A DNA stretch of 64,000 nucleotides from the NCBI GenBank assembly GCA_937906925.1, contig CALCTR010000029.1:12119-76118 (forward strand), read 5' to 3'. A program made the translations under genes and the position numbers. This stretch comes from an uncultured Alphaproteobacteria bacterium (GTDB lineage Bacteria; Pseudomonadota; Alphaproteobacteria; CAAHEQ01; UBA3637). Below the pieces are notes generated by a model. The model had not been told where the DNA came from. It made no database searches and was given only the letters and a program-made list of their open reading frames with translations. Below are positions 28,101-36,946 of the stretch, one piece after another; within the stretch, counting starts at the first letter, position 1, and every line of letters starts with the position of its first letter.

Positions 28101-28297
28101 ACAGGCATAAAAGATAAACCGGCTAAACTAGCTCCTTTAGGTGATAAAATAGCGGATATAACACCATACGCATCCTGTTTTTTGATTAAATCATAAACTT
28201 CATGCTTAGCTGCCTTATACTCTAAATAAGCCTGTTCTTTTAATTTGTTATCCAACAAGCTGTCAACTGATTGTGTATATGTCTTTTTATTACCCAT
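25175..28297 (-). CDS. Large orphan hypothetical protein (1040 aa), candidate secreted effector
   Basis: Uninterrupted 3.1-kb ORF in AT-rich DNA with an AAGGAG RBS. No TM segment, signal peptide or motif I can assign. Has an acidic stretch, LNDEEDELTDGMEKSEDTKDQDLPPLIEEIERDDDY. Confidence 0.8.
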   Translation of the reverse strand: MGNKKTYTQSVDSLLDNKLKEQAYLEYKAAKHEVYDLIKKQDAYGVISAILSPKGASLAGLSFMPVPRIVSWLGCCTKSDLDTFLTFQKKLRNVQAKAFINEAAFNMRERRLKVSDILMPTPAYGDVIEYAKNFGYILSIPKKALAIAEEVRRTATLFEIVKTNVNRFCLPIDDGLITTSWVDYTSPSETEYNILQNLCLLQESLPFVSLELNRLLNIAILRRFLSQTEALKKLATVLKNNKLQTFRIDYAVKEIEFLSCPDIKVLRAVNPQQILYHVIQKSKSVLENYPNEGDKEVLVKWLSRGVKEFEESLPDKLKQPTNVPLSIDLSFLNDEEDELTDGMEKSEDTKDQDLPPLIEEIERDDDYTDFFKAVEAGLPKEEALVYLAQNYHKGVYRDLKLHLYRKHQKGEDDAYLQIDELPEELREIFCISNLPDIYTFFALGIITKDQADNLSKLAQDIFQEKGIEKLDELFDVYMQKNQGQITDEMDEAYDAYRCGKETGDYQYLNLNETLLNLGLSPAEIEDLVPSVKELYHYLIANGFDKYEDLITYFDTNSFDLADDFKELAGLIIDDFNGIKYMTVQDLSVKTPCIRTDMPNKTIINQLVIIRDVFVALQDYVEQTPMLKEAKILWKKMVYALYHNRLKQLDELPINKYHPNITPQLKWMSRHFAKKFPNSNVLNDKDKNLAFMANVARMLLRVGSRSTKLASYYEFLFNDSFGSTFKKDEDLCGIKVQPIPLVKPIDNDLSLTELKQVVQGLYEDCTTPKDREINRNDTRCAFAHCSEVDMLSVMGVINQVEYWHLAKAIDNSYAENLLESIGSIEDALNYLDKTNAPFRPYITPHHLTVMQRIKGASALIDSSYQYEHVKNSIIDYKQERPSVTVQELQKIPLEAEGRLLDTLIAMMSDLPEENLLQSRPLKLILNSYYKECTQGIYDLMQQDKETRPDIYERLQRQKIIFGLQEGLKVETINSRLKHYPRLFHLMRQGILRQYENDHHRRSFHLAFFEKEIAPFVSIYKNKDSRLALYLGVQQKSADRTK

Positions 28298-28426
28298 CCC
28301 AACTCCTTAAATGACTTATTCCTTTTATTATACCTTATTTTTGATAAAAAATAAAGAAAAATAATGACAAATATCACAAATAAAAATAACATTTTGTAAT
28401 AAAAGAGTTTTTAAAGAATAAATTTT

Positions 28427-29608
28427 CTATTTTTTTGCATCAAGAGCAAGTGATATCAAAACTTCACCCATTTTTTCTGAGGGTAATAAATCCTGATTTA
28501 AGCCCAGCTGATTTAAGCTCGGTTCTACATTTTGTTTGCCCCCTTGTAACAAGGTTTGCACCGTTTGGGTTAAATTTTCAACCGTACATTTATCTTGCAA
28601 TAATTCAGGTATAACCTCTTTATCAGCTAAAATATTTATCAAATTTACATACTTGATTTTAAGCAGTCGTTTGGCTAAAAACCCTGTTAATTTGCTGACA
28701 CGATAAGCAATTAAATGCGGTACTGAAGCAAATGCCAATTCTAAGCTGACTGTTCCGGAAGCCGCCATCGCGACATCTGAAGCGGCAAAAGCATCATATC
28801 TTTGTTTTTCCCCCTGCACTATTATATAAGGTATCGGCCAATCTTTTAATGTTTCTTTAAGTTTATCAGCTACCGTTGCAACTGTTGGAATAACAACAAA
28901 CAAATTCGGGTTTGTTTGTCGGATATTTTCGGCCGTCTTCATAAATACATCCATCAAATAGGCTACCTCATTTTTTCTACTGCCGGGGAGCATACACAAC
29001 ACCAAAGAATTTGCGGGTATTTGATGTGTTTTTTTAAATTTTTCAGCATCACCTTTATCCGAACCACCTTCAATAACCGGATGCCCGATAAATGTTGTTT
29101 GCATGCCATAGGGGGTAAAATATTTTTCTTCATATGGCAATAAACAAAACAAATGATCCATATAGGCACTGACTTTTTTAGCTCTTTTTTTCTTCCAAGC
29201 CCAAACCTGCGGGGCAACACAATGCACATGCGGTTTATTAAACTGCAAGGCTTTTAATTTTTTATGCACCCTTGCTGAAAAACTAAAACTGTCAATCGTC
29301 ATGACAATGTCAGGGTTAACCGCTATAATATCCTTAACCGTTTCATCCAATCGTTTTAAAATAAGCGGAATACTCGGTATAACTTCAGCAAAACCCATAA
29401 CAGCTAAATCTTTGATATCAAAAAGAGAATTAAGCCCCTCCTTTATCATGGACTCCCCTCCCAAACCATAAAATAAAATTTGGTTTGGGTATCTTTTTTT
29501 TAAAGAACGCATTAAACGAGCCCCCAATAAATCACCGGACGGCTCTCCTGTAACCAAATAAATTTTTATCGTTTCATTTTCTTTTAAAACGTTTTTTCTT
29601 CTTTGCAT
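28427..29608 (-). CDS. lpxB: Lipid-A-disaccharide synthase
   Basis: IYLVTGEPSGDLLGARLMRSLK... is collinear with LpxB. I prefer the ATG at 29608 (AGAGGA RBS) to the TTG at 29644. Confidence 0.93.
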   Translation of the reverse strand: MQRRKNVLKENETIKIYLVTGEPSGDLLGARLMRSLKKRYPNQILFYGLGGESMIKEGLNSLFDIKDLAVMGFAEVIPSIPLILKRLDETVKDIIAVNPDIVMTIDSFSFSARVHKKLKALQFNKPHVHCVAPQVWAWKKKRAKKVSAYMDHLFCLLPYEEKYFTPYGMQTTFIGHPVIEGGSDKGDAEKFKKTHQIPANSLVLCMLPGSRKNEVAYLMDVFMKTAENIRQTNPNLFVVIPTVATVADKLKETLKDWPIPYIIVQGEKQRYDAFAASDVAMAASGTVSLELAFASVPHLIAYRVSKLTGFLAKRLLKIKYVNLINILADKEVIPELLQDKCTVENLTQTVQTLLQGGKQNVEPSLNQLGLNQDLLPSEKMGEVLISLALDAKK

Positions 29609-30497
29609 TCTTTTTTTCCTCTGCTTGAGATGAAATTCCCACAATAAAAATATTGAGCTTGTTAGCTAAAGAAAGTGTTTCCTCAGCATCTGCTAATAGA
29701 ACTTTATTCGCTTCTACAGCAATACCCTTTAAATCGGCATCAAAAATAGCCTGAACCGTTTGCGGTCCGATTGTCGGCATATCAATGCGTTTTTCTTGTT
29801 GAGGCTTAATCGTTTTTACAAGAACACCACCCGGACCTTTACGTTTTAAAGATTTTGTCCGCTCTATGAGGGGCCCTGTTCCTTCAATCCCTTCAACAGA
29901 TAAAACCAATCCTTGTTGCACAATAACGGATTGACCAACATCCGCCTGCCCTAAAAGTTTTGCAACATCATATCCTCTTTTGATGTCAACCAAATCACTT
30001 GCCGTCGGTTTTTGATTGGTCATACACCCCATAGGGACCAAAAGCTCGGGCATATATTCATGAATGCCTTTAACTTCAAACCCTTGTTTTTCAACCTCTT
30101 TAATAACAAAACGCAAAAGAGAGTCATCTCCCAATGCTTTTAAAGATAATTTTGTCAAAAGAGATAACCCTTTTAAATCAGGCCGTAGTTCACAAAAAGA
30201 GGGACGCTTAACACCGCCGATAAAAACAATTTGTTTTACACCATATTTTTTTAACAGGTTAAAAACTTTTCCAACGGCACCTAAACGCACCTCTTTAAGC
30301 TGTATGTATTTATTAAATAGCTTTTTATCTGCATGGCCTTTTAAAGCCAAAACAAAAACAGGATAATTCTGCCGATAGAGTTTTTCCGCCAAAGCGGCCG
30401 GTAAAACACCGCTACCTGCAATAATGCCGACTGCAGGTTTACCTCTATCTAAATACCCTCCATTAACGGGCTTTCTCCTTAATGATAAAAAGCGCAT
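29574..30497 (-). CDS. lpxI: UDP-2,3-diacylglucosamine pyrophosphatase LpxI (DUF1009 family)
   Basis: VGIIAGSGVLP..., DVGQSVIVQQGLVLSVEGIEGT and KPQQEKRIDMPTIG motifs. Occupies the lpxA-lpxB position typical of alphaproteobacteria. Has a Lys-rich C-terminal tail. Confidence 0.85.
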   Translation of the reverse strand: MRFLSLRRKPVNGGYLDRGKPAVGIIAGSGVLPAALAEKLYRQNYPVFVLALKGHADKKLFNKYIQLKEVRLGAVGKVFNLLKKYGVKQIVFIGGVKRPSFCELRPDLKGLSLLTKLSLKALGDDSLLRFVIKEVEKQGFEVKGIHEYMPELLVPMGCMTNQKPTASDLVDIKRGYDVAKLLGQADVGQSVIVQQGLVLSVEGIEGTGPLIERTKSLKRKGPGGVLVKTIKPQQEKRIDMPTIGPQTVQAIFDADLKGIAVEANKVLLADAEETLSLANKLNIFIVGISSQAEEKKNAKKKKRFKRK

Positions 30498-30512
30498 TTA
30501 TTTTTCCTTCCA

Positions 30513-31310
30513 TCAATCCGGTTGCAAAATGTTATTTTTAGATGGATTTTTAACAAAATCAATCTGTTGTTTAATCAACGGATTATTCATCCAAATTTCA
30601 TTTTGCTCTACTAAAGAAATTCTATCTGCAAATGTACCCTTTTCTTTATCAAATAGTGTTTTATAAGCTTGTTGCATCATCAAAATATTCTCTTTTTCAA
30701 CACCGGCACGTTGTAAACCGATTAAATTTAATCCACTTAAACCTTGACGAACACCCCCCATCATTAACCCATACGGAATAATATCACGTGTTACACCACA
30801 CATACCACCAATCATAGCACCATCCCCGATTCTGGTAAATTGTAAAACAGCAGAAAGACCACCGATGATTGCTTTATTACCTACATGGACATGACCGGCC
30901 AAAGTTGCATTATTACTCATCACAATATCATCTCCCAAAATACAGTCATGAGCGATATGTGAAGCCACCAAAAACAAATTGCGATTACCGATAATGGTGA
31001 TTTTATTATCAACTTCTGAGCCAACATGTGCCGTTACATGCTCTCTAAAGGTATTATCATCACCAATAATTAACTGAGCATCCGGTGCATTTGAACGTTT
31101 ATGTTGAGCCAATAAACCTAAAGCCGCAAAAGGATAAACCGTATTTCTTTTGCCTAACTTTGTTACTCCATCAATCACAACATGGGACATAAGTTTTGTA
31201 CCGGAACCGATTTCTACATGCTCCCCAACACTACAAAAAGGACCGATTTCTACATCATCAGCTATTTTTGCATTTGGATGAATAATTGCACTTGGATGAA
31301 TTTTAGCCAT
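30513..31310 (-). CDS. lpxA: Acyl-ACP--UDP-N-acetylglucosamine O-acyltransferase
   Basis: MAKIHPSAIIHPNAKIADDVEIGPFC hexapeptide repeats plus a helical C-terminal domain. Supported by synteny. Confidence 0.95.
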   Translation of the reverse strand: MAKIHPSAIIHPNAKIADDVEIGPFCSVGEHVEIGSGTKLMSHVVIDGVTKLGKRNTVYPFAALGLLAQHKRSNAPDAQLIIGDDNTFREHVTAHVGSEVDNKITIIGNRNLFLVASHIAHDCILGDDIVMSNNATLAGHVHVGNKAIIGGLSAVLQFTRIGDGAMIGGMCGVTRDIIPYGLMMGGVRQGLSGLNLIGLQRAGVEKENILMMQQAYKTLFDKEKGTFADRISLVEQNEIWMNNPLIKQQIDFVKNPSKNNILQPD

Positions 31311-31343
31311 TTTTTACTCCTTTGTTACTCTTTTGAACGGCCT

Positions 31344-31393
31344 TAAAAAAAACGCCCATACCGACAAACTGTTTTTATCTGTCATTTGGGCGT
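31344..31393 (-). terminator. Intra-operon terminator/attenuator-like hairpin between fabZ and lpxA
   Basis: The minus strand reads ACGCCCA-aat-GACA...TGTC-ggta-TGGGCGT followed by T8. Confidence 0.5.
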
Positions 31394-31415
31394 ATTTTTT
31401 CTCCTTTGTTAAATC

Positions 31416-31904
31416 TTAGGCTTTCTTAAAAACCATAGCACTGAATGTTGCTTGAGAAACCAATTTTCCATCAACTCTAGCTTCACCACGGAATTTAAAA
31501 ACATTACGTACGGCTTGTTCTTTTTTAACGGTAAATTCAATAACATCTCCAGGAAGAATTGGTTTTCTGAATTTAACCTCATCAACCGTCATAAAATAAA
31601 CACTATTACCGGATCTTTCTTCTTCAGGAAATGCCGTTAAAACAATAATACCGGCCGTTTGAGCCATAGCTTCAATCTGTAAAACACCCGGCATAACCGG
31701 ATTGTCAGGAAAATGCCCTTGAAAAAAGCCCTCATTCATCGTAACATTCTTTATACCGATACCACTTTCACCAGGGACAACATTTTTAAGCCTGTCAACC
31801 AATAAAAACGGATATCTATGTGGCAATAATTTTAAAATCTCACCAATTCTGATTTCCTCTATTACATTTGTCTCTTGAGTTGTCTGTTCGTTTGTTTGTT
31901 CCAT
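31416..31904 (-). CDS. fabZ: 3-hydroxyacyl-ACP dehydratase FabZ
   Basis: LLPHRYPFLLVDR and FFQGHFP..PVMPGVL motifs. Confidence 0.96.
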   Translation of the reverse strand: MEQTNEQTTQETNVIEEIRIGEILKLLPHRYPFLLVDRLKNVVPGESGIGIKNVTMNEGFFQGHFPDNPVMPGVLQIEAMAQTAGIIVLTAFPEEERSGNSVYFMTVDEVKFRKPILPGDVIEFTVKKEQAVRNVFKFRGEARVDGKLVSQATFSAMVFKKA

Positions 31905-31915
31905 TTCCTAATCCT

Positions 31916-32938
31916 TTAATCTTCTTTTTTCTTTTTTGTCAAACGTTGTAATGCAATTTGTTGACGCATAAATTCAACACGGGAAACAGCCGGGGACCCC
32001 ATTAAAACGGCTCCTGGAGGCACATCACTCATCAAACCGGACTGAGCAGCAATTTGAGCTCCGGAACCAATTTTTAAATGACCTGCAAAACCGACTTGAC
32101 CGCCGGCAACAACAAAATCACCAAATTCACAGCTACCGGCAATACCGACCTGCGAAACAATAACACAGCATCTGCCTAATTTAACATTGTGAGCAACTTG
32201 AACCAAATTATCAATACGGCAACCATCTGAAATAACTGTATCACCCATAGCACCTCGGTCAACCGTTGTGCCTGAACCGATTTCAACATCGTTACCAATT
32301 ACAACCCGACCTAGTTGCGGTACTTTTGCCGGCCCCTTTACCGACATAGCAAAACCAAAACCGTCTTGACCAATATGTGCACCAGGATAGACATAAACTT
32401 TTGATCCGGCTATACAATGCGAAACCGTTGCATTAGCACCAATGATACAATCATCACCCATTTGTACACCACTTTCTATAACGGCATTTGCTCTGACATC
32501 ACATCTGTCACCTAATACAACATTTTCTCCGATAAAAGCACCGGCTTCAACCCGACAGCCATCTCCAAGTACGGCACTTTCATGAATAAAAGCTTTATCT
32601 GAAATATAGCTTTTTACTTCTCTGGGATAAAATGCACTAGCTACCAACCCATATGATCGATGCGGATCAGCACTAATTAACGGAATAACACCTTCAGGCA
32701 CAAACTCTAAAAACTTTTCAGGAACGATTACTGCCCCTGCTTTTGTTACTTTTAAAGCCTCCCTCATTGCCGGAATAAATGCCCATGTTACCTCGTTAGA
32801 GGTGGCTTTATCTATAGCAGCCACATCTAAAAATTCTTGTTCTAAATCAACATTGTCGGGGAGTTTAATCTCCCCGATTGCTGCAATATCTTTCAGCTTT
32901 AAAGAAGCTACCTTTTTAAAAAACCTTGAATCAGCCAT
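31916..32938 (-). CDS. lpxD: UDP-3-O-acylglucosamine N-acyltransferase
   Basis: 340 aa with an N-terminal uridine-binding domain followed by long hexapeptide repeats. Synteny is skp-lpxD-fabZ. Confidence 0.94.
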   Translation of the reverse strand: MADSRFFKKVASLKLKDIAAIGEIKLPDNVDLEQEFLDVAAIDKATSNEVTWAFIPAMREALKVTKAGAVIVPEKFLEFVPEGVIPLISADPHRSYGLVASAFYPREVKSYISDKAFIHESAVLGDGCRVEAGAFIGENVVLGDRCDVRANAVIESGVQMGDDCIIGANATVSHCIAGSKVYVYPGAHIGQDGFGFAMSVKGPAKVPQLGRVVIGNDVEIGSGTTVDRGAMGDTVISDGCRIDNLVQVAHNVKLGRCCVIVSQVGIAGSCEFGDFVVAGGQVGFAGHLKIGSGAQIAAQSGLMSDVPPGAVLMGSPAVSRVEFMRQQIALQRLTKKKKED

Positions 32939-33564
32939 TATTTTTTCTCTACAGAAGTTGTTTCTTTAGCTGCTGCAACTCCTTGTTGAGCCGTTGCAGG
33001 AATTGTAAATTGTGCCGGATCCGGATAAGCAACCGGAATATCTTTATCATCTAATAATTTAATAAAATCATCCGTTACATCAACAGTTGGAGAAAAATAT
33101 GTTACATAAGGACGTGGCAAAATAATTTTCAGATCCTTTTTTTGACTAAGCTCTTTTAAAGAAGCCTGTGCAACAGGTGCTACTTGGTTAAGTGCTGCCT
33201 GTCTAGCCCTTGAAATTAAAATTGATTGGAATTGAACCTTTTTTTGAAACTCAGCTAATTCCTTATTAAATTTTTGAACCTCAGAGGCATAAGCATTTTG
33301 TTTTCCTTCCTGAGAAATTTTTTTATTTAAGTCCACCGCTTTTGCTTGTAAGGCTTTTTCTTCGTCCGCATAACGAGCCTTTAAAGCACTAACATGTTTT
33401 TCCGTTTCAATTCTGACTTTTTCGTATGCTTGAGCTTCAAGCTGTACGCGATCCAAATCTAAAACACCAACTGACGAACTAGATGAACCGACAGCTATTC
33501 CCCCTGCAATCAATAAAGCTGCAATACCACAACCGGCACAAACTGTTAATAATCTTTTATTCAT
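32938..33564 (-). CDS. skp: OmpH/Skp-family periplasmic chaperone
   Basis: Signal peptide, a coiled-coil-rich 208-aa protein, and the conserved position between bamA and lpxD. Confidence 0.7.
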   Translation of the reverse strand: MNKRLLTVCAGCGIAALLIAGGIAVGSSSSSVGVLDLDRVQLEAQAYEKVRIETEKHVSALKARYADEEKALQAKAVDLNKKISQEGKQNAYASEVQKFNKELAEFQKKVQFQSILISRARQAALNQVAPVAQASLKELSQKKDLKIILPRPYVTYFSPTVDVTDDFIKLLDDKDIPVAYPDPAQFTIPATAQQGVAAAKETTSVEKK

Positions 33565-33566
33565 TT

Positions 33567-35840
33567 TTAAAATCCTTTCCCAAAGTTCAAACGGAATACT
33601 TGTGTTTTATCATAAGACTCTTTGACAACCGGCAATGAGAAATCCAGATTAATCATTCCCATTGGAGACTGCCATAAAATACCTGTACCGACAGCAACAC
33701 GCACTCCGTTACTATAATCCATATTGTCTCTGTCGTATCCATCAGGTTTACCAATTACACCCGCATCAACAAAAGTTTTTCCTTTGATACCGATTTCTCT
33801 GGGTAATCCAAGCGGAAAAACCAATTCTGTTGAAGCTGTGGCATACCAATTACCGCCTAAAGCGTCATCAGTAGCTCTATCTCTTGCACCAACGCCACCA
33901 TATTCAAATCCTCTTAAAGAGTAATCACCTAAGAAGAAACGGTTGTTAATACGAACATCTTTACCACCGACACCCCAAATGTGTCCACCGTCTCCCCGTA
34001 ATGAAAGGACAACGTCATCCGTCAAAGAGAAATACTGAACAGCTGTTGCCGTAATACGAACAAACTTTGTATCTCCACCAACACCTGCAAAATCCGTACC
34101 CATAGAGAGATAATACCCTTCTGTCGGATTAATTTTACTATCCCGTTTATCATAACTGATATCTTGGCCGATTAAAGAAACATTTGTTTTACCTTCTTGT
34201 TCTCTAATATAAGTTGAGGCATCACTGTCAATATCATTAACATCATCTTGTCTTAAAGTATAACGAACTGTTTGACGTAATGCATCTGTATAGTTCCAAC
34301 CAAATCTTGTTGTTACACCGTATGATGTGTAGCTATATGAACTGGAATCGCTGTTATCTCTTGTTGTCCTAAACAACTCTAAACCGGCCAGCAAAGGTAA
34401 ATCCATAAAATAAGGATTGGTTAAACCGGCAACATACTGTGTTTCTTTTTGTGAAAGCATCGCATTTAAATTAACGATATTGCCGGTACCTAAGATATTA
34501 CGTTCCACAATCCCTGTTTCAAAGAGCATACCGTCATAAGATGACCAACCAACCCCGACATTAAATGAACCGGTTGATTTTTCGGCAACAGAAACATCTA
34601 CATTTGTTTTAGAGGCATCCCCATAAACAGGAACGGTTTTAAAATCAACTTTTTCAAAATAATCTAAATCTTCAACTTTTTGTTTAGACCGACGGAGTTT
34701 AGATGCATTAAAAGCATCCCCCTCTTTAATTTTGAACTCTCTACGGATAACTTTATCTTGAGTTCTGGAATTGCCATGTATATTAATTTTATTAACAAAG
34801 ACTTTTTCACCTTCTTGAACCCTAAAAATAACTTTAACAGTTCTATCCTCCGTATTCTTCTTAAATTCAGGTACAACTTCCACAAAAGCGTATCCTTCAT
34901 TCGCAAATTTATCCGTTAAGCCTTCAATAGTTGAATCAATTAAATCAGCATTAAATCTATCGCCTTGTTCAAAAGTCAATAACTTTATTAATTCCTCTTT
35001 ATTAGCTCTTTGAGCATATTGCGGAAGAGAAACCTTTATCTCAGGTTGAGCAAAGCGGTATCTTTCACCCTCTTTAACACGAATCGTCAATGTAAATCCG
35101 GATTTATCCGGTAATAACTCAGCAGCCGCATCTTCAACTTCAAAATCAACATAGCCATGCCTTAAATAAAAACGACGCAACATTTCTTTATCATAGTTTA
35201 AACGGTCCGGATCATAAGTATCCGTACTTGCAAAAAAACGATACCAGGCATTTTCTTTTGTTACCATAACATCTTTTAAGGTACCCGAATCAAATTTTTC
35301 ATTACCGATAAAACTAATTTTTTCTATAGTTGTTTTTGGACCTTCTTCAATTTCAAAAACAACATCTACACGATTTTGATCCTTTTTAATGATTTTTGGC
35401 GTTACAGAAGCACCAAAACGACCACTTCTTTTATAAAGTGTAAGCAATCTATCCGCATCAGACTGTGCCGTATTGGCGGTATAAACCGTTCTTGGCTTTA
35501 ACTCTATTTCTGCTTTTAAAACGTCATCATCCATTTTGTCGTTACCTTCAAAATAAACTTCACGAACAATTGGATTTTCCTCAACCTTAATAAACAATGT
35601 TCCATTATTCATCCCAACGTTGACATCAGAAAACAAACGAGTATCAAATAATGTTTTTGTGATATTATCCAAATCATACGGTGTTATATTTTGTCCTTTA
35701 GAAATATTTAAATTTCTCATAACAGACGCAGGCTCAAAACGATGAGTTCCTTCTATAGAAACATTTTTCAGCACCTCAGCAGCGACAGAAGACGAAAGTA
35801 CTGATGAAGCTAAAAACGCAAAACCAACAAATTTTTTCAT
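33567..35840 (-). CDS. bamA: Outer membrane protein assembly factor BamA
   Basis: 757 aa with a signal peptide, POTRA repeats (IEGTHRFEPASV..., ISFIGNEKF..., INIHGNSRTQDKVIRRE) and a C-terminal barrel ending FRLNFGKGF. Confidence 0.96.
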   Translation of the reverse strand: MKKFVGFAFLASSVLSSSVAAEVLKNVSIEGTHRFEPASVMRNLNISKGQNITPYDLDNITKTLFDTRLFSDVNVGMNNGTLFIKVEENPIVREVYFEGNDKMDDDVLKAEIELKPRTVYTANTAQSDADRLLTLYKRSGRFGASVTPKIIKKDQNRVDVVFEIEEGPKTTIEKISFIGNEKFDSGTLKDVMVTKENAWYRFFASTDTYDPDRLNYDKEMLRRFYLRHGYVDFEVEDAAAELLPDKSGFTLTIRVKEGERYRFAQPEIKVSLPQYAQRANKEELIKLLTFEQGDRFNADLIDSTIEGLTDKFANEGYAFVEVVPEFKKNTEDRTVKVIFRVQEGEKVFVNKINIHGNSRTQDKVIRREFKIKEGDAFNASKLRRSKQKVEDLDYFEKVDFKTVPVYGDASKTNVDVSVAEKSTGSFNVGVGWSSYDGMLFETGIVERNILGTGNIVNLNAMLSQKETQYVAGLTNPYFMDLPLLAGLELFRTTRDNSDSSSYSYTSYGVTTRFGWNYTDALRQTVRYTLRQDDVNDIDSDASTYIREQEGKTNVSLIGQDISYDKRDSKINPTEGYYLSMGTDFAGVGGDTKFVRITATAVQYFSLTDDVVLSLRGDGGHIWGVGGKDVRINNRFFLGDYSLRGFEYGGVGARDRATDDALGGNWYATASTELVFPLGLPREIGIKGKTFVDAGVIGKPDGYDRDNMDYSNGVRVAVGTGILWQSPMGMINLDFSLPVVKESYDKTQVFRLNFGKGF

Positions 35841-36946
35841 CCGAAAATCCTTTGCATAATACGTGGCACATCTAAAAACATAGTGTAAGCCAGCAACAAT
35901 AATAAAACACTCAAACCTGCCATTAAAAAGGCATTTTGAGCACGCTCCGGCAGAGGTCTGCCGATAACCGCTTCAACGGCATAAAAAGCTAAATGTCCAC
36001 CATCCAATAACGGTATCGGCAACAAATTCATAAATCCAACCGCTACAGAAATCTGCACAATGAACATTAACAAAGAGAAAAATCCACCTTGAACGGCATC
36101 ACCCGACATTTCAGCAATCCCCAACGGTCCTCTCATGTCTTTTGGAGATCTGCTGTCAAACAAAACCTGACCCAAGTAAACAAGTGTATCTACCGTCATT
36201 TTCCAAACAGTATCAACTGATTTAATAAAGGAAGCACCCAAACTTAAATTTTTAACCGGTTCTTTATACTTCATAGATGCCGAAAAACCAATCATCGGAT
36301 ACTTATGCCCCTCCATATATTTAGGCATCAACTGCAATCTATGTTCTACACCATCTCTGTCAAAAACAATATCCAATGGCTTTTCAAACTCAGTTAAACG
36401 AGTTATTCTGACAACATCCGAAAATTCTTCAACTTTTTGATTATTTATCATAATAAACTTATCGCCTGCTTTAAGACCGGCTTCAAAAGCTGGAGAATCC
36501 GGCAAGACACTACCGATAACCGGTAATAATTTTGTATCCCCATAAGAGAACAAAATACCGGTTAATACAATAATGGCAAACAAATAATTCATCCCGGGAC
36601 CAGCAAAAATAATCAAAGCCCTTTTCCATAATTTTTGCGTTAAAAATGCTTTTTTCTTATCTTCTTCAGAAAGCCCCTCCGTCGTAGATGTTGCACTGGT
36701 AGCATCCGTATCACCCAACATTTTCACATATCCGCCGAGTGGAATAAGACAAATTTTCCATTTAGTACCTTTTTTATCCGTCCAAGAAAATAATTCTTTA
36801 CCAAAACCAATGGAAAAATCCGTTACATGAACACCACACCATCTGGCCATCATAAAGTGTCCACCCTCATGAATAACCACAATCAAGGAAAGGACCAATA
36901 CAAACGAGCACAAATAAAAAGAGCCGTAAAACAAACTTTCAAACAT
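35837..36946 (-). CDS. rseP: RIP zinc metalloprotease RseP
   Basis: HEGGHF HExxH motif in TM1, a PDZ region, and a C-terminal NLLPIPLLDGGH motif. Confidence 0.93.
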   Translation of the reverse strand: MFESLFYGSFYLCSFVLVLSLIVVIHEGGHFMMARWCGVHVTDFSIGFGKELFSWTDKKGTKWKICLIPLGGYVKMLGDTDATSATSTTEGLSEEDKKKAFLTQKLWKRALIIFAGPGMNYLFAIIVLTGILFSYGDTKLLPVIGSVLPDSPAFEAGLKAGDKFIMINNQKVEEFSDVVRITRLTEFEKPLDIVFDRDGVEHRLQLMPKYMEGHKYPMIGFSASMKYKEPVKNLSLGASFIKSVDTVWKMTVDTLVYLGQVLFDSRSPKDMRGPLGIAEMSGDAVQGGFFSLLMFIVQISVAVGFMNLLPIPLLDGGHLAFYAVEAVIGRPLPERAQNAFLMAGLSVLLLLLAYTMFLDVPRIMQRIFG

